IMG/VR virus record: IMGVR_UViG_3300020045_010202
Location: 1-30,223 of that record
Strand: one strand, 5' to 3'
DNA length: 30,223 nt
Origin: a virus
Lineage: Duplodnaviria; Caudoviricetes
Positions within the stretch are counted from its first letter, which is position 1. Each line of letters opens with the position of its first letter. Made by a program: the position numbers and the translations under genes. Of this stretch, positions 24,847 through 30,223 are shown one piece after another. Under the pieces are notes generated by a model. That model worked only from the letters and a program-made list of their open reading frames with translations, ran no database searches and was not told the DNA's origin.

Positions 24847-25703
24847 GTGAACCTATCAAAAAAGGAACAGCAAAAGCAGTAGATGGAGGCCTCCAGTTCT
24901 GGGATGGTGAAGCCTGGACAGCAGTGGATTCACCTACTCCTGTTCTCAAGCCCGTTCCTCCCGTGAAGCACCTTTCGTACAGTGCTCTTTACACATACTT
25001 CAAATCTCCGAAGAAGTTCTTTGACTCGTACATTGCACGTACTGATAAGTTTGAGAACAACCTCACTCTGATATGTGGAAAGGCGTGGCACAAGGGGCTG
25101 GAGGCCCACTACAAGGGCATGGATGAGCCCATCCAACATGCAGTGACCCTCTTCCATGAGCAGGTACTCAAGCTGGAAGAAGGGAAAAGGGACTTAGAAA
25201 GTGAGGAAAAGGAGTTTGATAGGCTTGTCACCAATCTTGAACTTTACTTTGCGATGCCAAAGAATTGGAAGGCCGGGTCCGAAACCGAGTTAAGCGTTAC
25301 GTGCGAGTCCCCAATAGAAGGCTCTCTTCCCCTCAAAGGCCAAATGGATCAACTTGATAATGGAACCGGGATTGTGGATCACAAGTACGTGAACACTTTT
25401 GCCGCTAAAGATACGGAGTTCCACTATGTCCAGGCATTCGTGTATTACCATCTGTACTTCAAGCACAAGGGGTTCTACCCCACTCACTTCCGTATAAGCG
25501 AATGGAAGAAGAGCAAGAACAGGGACGGCAGTCCCCAGTTGCAAGAGATTGTGATTGTGTATGACCCTTCTTGGCTTCATAAAGTTCTCCTTTGGTACAG
25601 GGATGTATGCACCCTTCTTTCTTATCAACGTGCCTACCCGGCCAATCCCTTTCAGATGTTTGACGGGGATGACTGGAAGGACTATTTACACTCAAAACTA
25701 TGA
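24843..25703 (+). CDS. PD-(D/E)XK nuclease (RecB/exonuclease-like)
   Basis: HLSYSAL, G.AWH..LE, E....LKGQMD, IVDHK and Q...Y motifs. Confidence 0.8.
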   Translation: MSEPIKKGTAKAVDGGLQFWDGEAWTAVDSPTPVLKPVPPVKHLSYSALYTYFKSPKKFFDSYIARTDKFENNLTLICGKAWHKGLEAHYKGMDEPIQHAVTLFHEQVLKLEEGKRDLESEEKEFDRLVTNLELYFAMPKNWKAGSETELSVTCESPIEGSLPLKGQMDQLDNGTGIVDHKYVNTFAAKDTEFHYVQAFVYYHLYFKHKGFYPTHFRISEWKKSKNRDGSPQLQEIVIVYDPSWLHKVLLWYRDVCTLLSYQRAYPANPFQMFDGDDWKDYLHSKL

Positions 25704-26035
25704 CAACCACTTACAGTGCAGTAGAAACAGAAGATTCTCTTGTGGAAGAAAATGAAACTCTTTCAACGGTCCGGAAAGTGAAGGTGGATACAAGAAAGAA
25801 AAGACAAGGGCATTTCTTTGGCGATTCTCCTTATGACGAGTATGTGCACCGGGCTATTTATAACTTCATGATAAGCAATAATGCGATCATTGAGCTCATC
25901 GAAGGAGTGGCGAAGTGGAATGACGAACTGATAGAAATGGAGGTAAGAAGGGCGGAACTCCCTTGGCCGGAAGACATGGAAGAGGTGAAGCTTAAACTCC
26001 ACAATGGATACGTGTTTATTAAACCCGGTACATGA
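25700..26035 (+). CDS. Hypothetical protein
   Basis: 111 aa; ATGA-coupled. Confidence 0.65.
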   Translation: MTTTYSAVETEDSLVEENETLSTVRKVKVDTRKKRQGHFFGDSPYDEYVHRAIYNFMISNNAIIELIEGVAKWNDELIEMEVRRAELPWPEDMEEVKLKLHNGYVFIKPGT

Positions 26036-26301
26036 ATCTCAAACTCTCATTAATTCGGAATCAAGCGGGGTATCCTACTCAAAAGGATTTCATAAAGGCT
26101 GTCCGTGCTCGCGGCTACGACTTATCCCTGAGCCAGCTTGCCAACCTGGAGCGTGGCCATCTCCGCAGATACCCCACCTCCTACACCATGATGCTGCTCA
26201 TGGATATGCTCCACCTCACTGAACGTGATGTGCTTCTAATCTTTACTTCAATAATCAATAAGAATAATGGCTCTGAAAGTATACGTGCCCGGAAAGGATG
26301 A
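26032..26301 (+). CDS. XRE-family helix-turn-helix regulator
   Basis: LSLIRNQAG..TQKDF...LSLSQLANLERG...P pattern. Confidence 0.8.
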   Translation: MNLKLSLIRNQAGYPTQKDFIKAVRARGYDLSLSQLANLERGHLRRYPTSYTMMLLMDMLHLTERDVLLIFTSIINKNNGSESIRARKG

Positions 26302-26665
26302 CGAGATCCTTCAGACAGACCCGGCTTGGCCCGTTGAACTTGCTCTCCATAAAACTCTTGGTGGCGAGCCCTGTGAGGGCTATATTTCAAGACTTGATCT
26401 GCAACAGAGAAGTTTTAGATTCATCCACCCAGCTCTCTTCCACCTGCAAATAAGCTGTTACAAACAGGCTGACTTTGAGATCCATAAAATATATGACCAT
26501 TGCCAAGCGATCCGGAAGAAGTCAAACTTAAGAAGGACTAAGTTCAATCTCTTAGCCACGGGTACTGGAGGAAAGGGGAAAGAGCCTTTAATCACCATGC
26601 CGTTATCGCTTTTTAATCTTCTAGTCCGCAGTTATGCCGAAAACCAAGGGAGAGATACTATTTAG
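26267..26665 (+). CDS. Hypothetical protein
   Basis: 132-aa ORF within the operon. Confidence 0.6.
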   Translation: MALKVYVPGKDDEILQTDPAWPVELALHKTLGGEPCEGYISRLDLQQRSFRFIHPALFHLQISCYKQADFEIHKIYDHCQAIRKKSNLRRTKFNLLATGTGGKGKEPLITMPLSLFNLLVRSYAENQGRDTI

Positions 26666-26804
26666 GGGGAGGCGCTTCAAGATTCTTGATACCGAGAGGG
26701 TGCTTGAAAAGGAATTTGGCGCACGGAGTTACCGCGAAGCTGAAACCAGAAAGCGTCATAAAGAGAAACAAGCACACCAAGAGTCCGAAGACTCAATGGT
26801 GTAG
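26634..26804 (+). CDS. Small basic protein (56 aa, not in track)
   Basis: MPKTKGEILFRGRRFKIL...; fills the gap before the promoter region. Confidence 0.5.
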   Translation: MPKTKGEILFRGRRFKILDTERVLEKEFGARSYREAETRKRHKEKQAHQESEDSMV

Positions 26805-26831
26805 CATTTCCTAAACCCCACTCACGAAGAG

Positions 26832-26860
26832 AGTATAGGTGTATTTTACTGTAAAAGCAA
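26832..26860 (-). promoter_or_regulatory. Possible antisense sigma70 promoter with palindrome in the spacer
   Basis: TTGCTT(26860-26855)-N17-TATACT(26837-26832); TTTTAC-T-GTAAAA at 26844-26856. Confidence 0.45.
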
Positions 26861-26875
26861 GGTACAAAAATAGGC

Positions 26876-26904
26876 TTGAAGTGTGGAAAAAGGAGGGGTA
26901 AGAT
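26876..26904 (+). promoter_or_regulatory. Sigma70 promoter of the replication operon
   Basis: TTGAAG-N17-TAAGAT. Confidence 0.65.
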
Positions 26905-26910
26905 GGGAAG

Positions 26911-27022
26911 TACTTACTTGCGGCAAGTTATGATCACGCTTTCTTTATTTCCGGTATTCCCTTCAGCATCCCTTTTTGCCGCAAGCAAACGTGATCAATG
27001 CTGGAGGGAATTTTGTGAATAA
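26911..27022 (+). promoter_or_regulatory. Structured 5' leader / attenuator of the replication initiator
   Basis: 14-bp hairpin 26956-26969/26998-27011 followed by T tract; loop complementary to 26917-26926 (10 bp) and 26931-26938 (8 bp). Confidence 0.65.
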
Positions 27023-27028
27023 AATCTA

Positions 27029-27745
27029 ATGTACACAACGATCATTCATCCCATACGAAAGGCGCTCGCTCTATCTTTAAATGAGTATTGTGTTTTAGAT
27101 ACGGTGTACAGACTATCTCAAAATGTACGGTATGGCGGGTGGTGCGTGGCCTCTCGTAGTACTCTAGCAAAAGACTTGGATCTATCTGAGAGGTCTATCT
27201 TCAATGTGATTGAAACTTTAATCGAAAAAGATCTAGTGGAGAAGAACGAGCTCGGACACCTCCGGAGTAAGGACACTTGGAATGAGCTCATATCAAACTC
27301 AAATGACTACTATATCGCTTTCAATGGGAAGGAGTCTAAGTTTGTGAGTGGAGTGCCGTTTGAACCTCAAACTGCAAAATTTGCACCGACGGTGCAAAAA
27401 GTTCCGATGGTCGGTGCAAAAAGTTCCGATGGGGTGGTGCAAAATTTGCATACAACAATTAGTAGTAACAATGAGAAAGACAAAAAGACAGGGGAACGAA
27501 GCTTGCGCTTCGCCGTCCCCCAGCTGGAAGAGGTGAAGAGTTACTGCCTAGAACGGAAGACCGGTGTTGACCCTGAGGCCTTCTGGAACTTTTACGAGAG
27601 TAAGGGCTGGAAGGTGGGTTCCGCACCGATGCGCTCATGGAAGGCGGCCATTGTTACCTGGGAGAAAAGGAACAAGGGCAATTTTGTTCCGCCGGCCCGA
27701 GCTCCTATCCACTACCCCCGTTTTAGTCTTAACGACCCCGAGTAA
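27029..27745 (+). CDS. Phage replication initiator / replisome organiser (lambda O-like architecture)
   Basis: N-terminal winged HTH (SRSTLAKDLDLSERSIFNVIETLIEKDLV); C-terminal P.LEEV..YC.ER..VDPE.F.NFYESKGW..WKAA..TWE domain; internal iterons; upstream of DnaB. Confidence 0.85.
   Translation: MYTTIIHPIRKALALSLNEYCVLDTVYRLSQNVRYGGWCVASRSTLAKDLDLSERSIFNVIETLIEKDLVEKNELGHLRSKDTWNELISNSNDYYIAFNGKESKFVSGVPFEPQTAKFAPTVQKVPMVGAKSSDGVVQNLHTTISSNNEKDKKTGERSLRFAVPQLEEVKSYCLERKTGVDPEAFWNFYESKGWKVGSAPMRSWKAAIVTWEKRNKGNFVPPARAPIHYPRFSLNDPE
27373..27450 (+). repeat. Iteron cluster, probable replication origin
   Basis: TGCAAAA at 27373, 27393, 27415 and 27438; CGGTGCAAAAAGTTCCGATGG twice, flanked by TGCAAAATTTGCA twice; A-rich tract follows. 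Confidence 0.8.
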
Positions 27746-28956
27746 TGGCAAGCTTACTTGAAACATACGAGCATGAGCTTGCTGTCCTGGCCTGTCTGTT
27801 TGGGGATTGGTCTTTTGCGGCACGTGCTCGAGTGGAAGTGCACGAGTTTCTGAACCCCCGCTACCGGAAACTTTTCGAAATGCTTTTAGCTCTCAAGGCT
27901 GAGGAGTACCAGTCGAGAGATGTAAAGGAATGGATAGCGGAAGCCGCGAGGCGCTGTAAAGAACCTTTTGATGATCTCTTGAATGCCACGGGCTGCGGTT
28001 GTCCCTACAATTTAGAGCGAATGCGACTCCTCAATAAACAAAGAAAAATCCAAGCCTTAGCTGAAGAGTGTGGGGTTATGTCTTCAGACGAGATTATGGG
28101 GGCGCTTCGCAAGCTATCAGCAGATCAAATAAATTTAAAACATAGAAGGGAAGTGGATGTTTTAGAGTATGCAAAGAAAGACTACAGAGAATATTTAAAA
28201 AGCAGGGCAGAGAAGAAAGACGGGATATATTCAGGCCGGAAACTCTTTGATTCGAAGGTGGGTTTAGAGCGTGGTCAATTCTGTATTCTTGCGGCAAGGC
28301 CAGGTATAGGGAAGTCGGCTCTTGCCCTCAATTTAGCTTATGAATGGGCGCAATTTGGATTTAGTGTTTACTATGCTTCGCTTGAAATGTCTACCGAGGA
28401 GCTTACCCATAGGCTTTATGCGCGAGTCACCAATATGACTTCCACTAAATTTAAATATGGAACTGTTGAAGACGCCACGCTGATTATAGCTGAGCGTGAA
28501 CTCTCGGGCATGTCCGGTAAAATACAGATAGGATATTTACCGGGTTCGACTATTGACGAAATCTTACAATGTGCTTCTGCTAAGATGCCGGACATATTGA
28601 TTGTAGACCATATTGATCTAATTAGGCCAACGGGGAAGGCAGACAACGAGGCTTATGCAATAGCCCAAATGACGAGTGCGATGAAAGCTTACGCGGGGCA
28701 GAAGAACTGTTTGGTGTTTTGTTTATCTCAATTCAACCGTGAGAGTAAGGGGGATATGCCTGAGCTCCATCAGCTCAGAGGTTCGGGGGCGAAGGAACAA
28801 GATAGTGATGTGGTGCTCATCCTTCACCGTAGCTTGAACCCAGACGAAGAAGGGTTCAGACAGGCTACACTGAGAATAGCGAAGAATAGAAGTGGCCAAG
28901 CCGGGGAGATCGGGCTCAAGTTCACTCCTGAAACAACCTTGTTCGAAGAGGCTTAA
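27745..28956 (+). CDS. dnaB: DnaB-like replicative helicase
   Basis: Walker A AARPGIGKS; SLEMS; IVDHI; LSQFNR; LRGSGAKEQDSDVV; KNRSG. Confidence 0.95.
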   Translation: MASLLETYEHELAVLACLFGDWSFAARARVEVHEFLNPRYRKLFEMLLALKAEEYQSRDVKEWIAEAARRCKEPFDDLLNATGCGCPYNLERMRLLNKQRKIQALAEECGVMSSDEIMGALRKLSADQINLKHRREVDVLEYAKKDYREYLKSRAEKKDGIYSGRKLFDSKVGLERGQFCILAARPGIGKSALALNLAYEWAQFGFSVYYASLEMSTEELTHRLYARVTNMTSTKFKYGTVEDATLIIAERELSGMSGKIQIGYLPGSTIDEILQCASAKMPDILIVDHIDLIRPTGKADNEAYAIAQMTSAMKAYAGQKNCLVFCLSQFNRESKGDMPELHQLRGSGAKEQDSDVVLILHRSLNPDEEGFRQATLRIAKNRSGQAGEIGLKFTPETTLFEEA

Positions 28957-29246
28957 AGCTTTTTCTTGAGCGGCTTTATATAATAGCCCCTACTGTACTG
29001 CTCATAAAGCTGCTCTACTTTTTCCATAGTGCTACAAAGTAAGTCTGCCTCTTGCGGTGTTTCTGCATGGCTGAGTGCATTGTCTGCTTGCCCATGGAGA
29101 GCACGTAGCATGGCTAGGATCGACGAAATGCGTTCGGGTGCGGGATATAGCGCCTGGGGTACTTTGCGTGCGTCTAATGCAGAGTTTTGGGGTTTTGCTT
29201 GTTGGTGGATACGTTTAGGCCAGAAGTCCATCGTGAGGGTGTCCAT
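28953..29246 (-). CDS. Hypothetical protein
   Basis: 97 aa; stop overlaps the dnaB stop (TTAA). Confidence 0.6.
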   Translation of the reverse strand: MDTLTMDFWPKRIHQQAKPQNSALDARKVPQALYPAPERISSILAMLRALHGQADNALSHAETPQEADLLCSTMEKVEQLYEQYSRGYYIKPLKKKL

Positions 29247-29249
29247 GTT

Positions 29250-29597
29250 TTACTGGTTTAGATTGTAGAAGTAAGTGACGTTCGCGGCCCATTCGGTTTG
29301 CTGGGTGGTAGTCCAGATTTTTGACAGGGCGGGGATTGTAGTGGGAAGCTTCTTTTTAACGACTCGGGTGCAGTCCGTAAGCCCCGCCTCTTTGCTCGTG
29401 TACACGGCCCACTCACCACTATACCGTATTCCGCACACGTTGTTGAGTGTTGCGCCTACTCCATCCTTACCGTAGTGCGTTTCATGTTGTGCGATTGCGT
29501 AGGCGAGGCGAGAGGCGTCGAGTTCACCGGGAATGGCGGTGGTGTTTAAATTCTCCGGGATTCCCGGTGAATTGGGGGTTATCGCGTCCCCTGAATA
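29250..29597 (-). CDS. Lysozyme-like/GH73 glucosaminidase-like domain in the -1 frame of the upstream ORF
   Basis: Frame is open from about 29627 to 29250; AYAIAQHETHYG..G...NNVCGI...Y.S...G..D motif; no ATG/GTG/TTG upstream of the putative catalytic Glu. Confidence 0.65.
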   Translation of the reverse strand, partial: YSGDAITPNSPGIPENLNTTAIPGELDASRLAYAIAQHETHYGKDGVGATLNNVCGIRYSGEWAVYTSKEAGLTDCTRVVKKKLPTTIPALSKIWTTTQQTEWAANVTYFYNLNQ

Positions 29598-29872
29598 AAA
29601 CCTGCTATCTCTCCATGGATTTCTACTTCAAGAGTTGCCCCTTCGCTTTCGATCTCAAGCATACGGTCTTCGATAACTTTTAGATCTACTTCGTATTGCT
29701 CGGTGAGTTCGGTGCGCTTGTTGTCTTGTTCTTGCCACTCAATTTGTAAGTTTAATTCCTGCAACGCTTTGGCCTCTAATGGGTTTGGAATAAGGGAAGC
29801 GATGTAGAGTGCCAGTGTGATTGTGATCATGGCTATTAGGGCTATTAGTGCTGATTTTTTAGTGAGTTTCAT
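29579..29872 (-). CDS. Membrane-anchored coiled-coil protein (zero-frame product)
   Basis: N-terminal TM (SALIALIAMITITLALYIASLI) and acidic heptads; ends GFIQGTR. Confidence 0.75.
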   Translation of the reverse strand: MKLTKKSALIALIAMITITLALYIASLIPNPLEAKALQELNLQIEWQEQDNKRTELTEQYEVDLKVIEDRMLEIESEGATLEVEIHGEIAGFIQGTR

Positions 29873-29897
29873 TTTGTATTGGTAAGTGAGTAAGAAT

Positions 29898-30041
29898 TTA
29901 GATCTGAAAATATTTCATGTACACACAATCCAGTGCGCCTTGCAGGTCTGATTGGGTGTAATCAGGCACATGGTCGATGAGGTCGAGCATTTCAGATGTG
30001 AAGTCTGAAGCTGCTTTGAGTTGGTCTAGTGTGGGGGTCAT
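29898..30041 (-). CDS. Hypothetical protein (47 aa, not in track)
   Basis: MTPTLDQLKAASDFTSEMLD...TQSDLQG; TAACC upstream. Confidence 0.6.
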   Translation of the reverse strand: MTPTLDQLKAASDFTSEMLDLIDHVPDYTQSDLQGALDCVYMKYFQI

Positions 30042-30058
30042 GGTGAAGATGGTTAGGA

Positions 30059-30223
30059 TTAGTCTGTTAAAAGCATAATGTAGTCCTTAAATTGAGCGTC
30101 TTCGGCTGTGTCTTCATACTTTCTTACGGTTTCAATCGGCCAGAAAAAGCCGTGTTCCTCCGTGTCCTCGCTTTCGTAGTGGCTACTTTGCATCGTGGCG
30201 ATTTGCTCGTTGCCGTCCTCAAG
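30059..30223 (-). CDS. Hypothetical protein, 5' end truncated by the window edge
   Basis: Open frame LEDGNEQIATMQ...IMLLTD*. Confidence 0.55.
   Translation of the reverse strand, partial: LEDGNEQIATMQSSHYESEDTEEHGFFWPIETVRKYEDTAEDAQFKDYIMLLTD

Noticed and set aside
24843-25703. Cas4 / CRISPR-associated nuclease
   Set aside because: It has the PD-(D/E)XK core but lacks the four-Cys Fe-S motif, and I saw no repeat-spacer array or other cas gene in the window
1-30223. Stop-codon reassignment (TGA or TAG)
   Set aside because: Long genes are intact in code 11; TAA, TAG and TGA all terminate genes, and ATGA overlaps are frequent

Overview
The whole window is a segment of a dsDNA tailed phage genome, podovirus-like, read in the standard genetic code (code 11), with no host housekeeping genes. 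1-12.4 kb (+) holds virion genes: capsid decoration and fibre proteins, a beta-propeller tail nozzle, a head-tail adaptor and two ejection/internal virion proteins. 12.4-15.5 kb (-) is a lysis/late cassette with an M23 endolysin, three membrane proteins and a VRR-NUC nuclease. 15.6-22.5 kb (-) is an accessory region with a papain-like C1 protease, DUF3310, many small ORFs, a ribbon-helix-helix (RHH) regulator, a probable small terminase and a ~350-nt highly structured non-coding region. 22.6-29.0 kb (+) covers recombination and replication: SSB-like protein, YopX, PD-(D/E)XK nuclease, HTH protein, a lambda O-like initiator with iterons and a DnaB helicase. 29.0-30.2 kb (-) holds further small genes. 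The three most interesting signals are RNA-level: (1) a probable -1 programmed frameshift fusing a membrane-anchored coiled coil to a start-less lysozyme/GH73-like domain; (2) a multi-domain minus-strand ncRNA with G-U-rich helices, a GNRA loop and a pseudoknot; (3) a replication-gene leader whose terminator-like hairpin loop is complementary to two 5' leader segments. Shine-Dalgarno motifs are generally absent and a TAA(A)CC motif often precedes start codons, which suggests (inference) a Patescibacteria/CPR-like host. All family assignments come from motif recognition by eye; no searches or folding programs were run.
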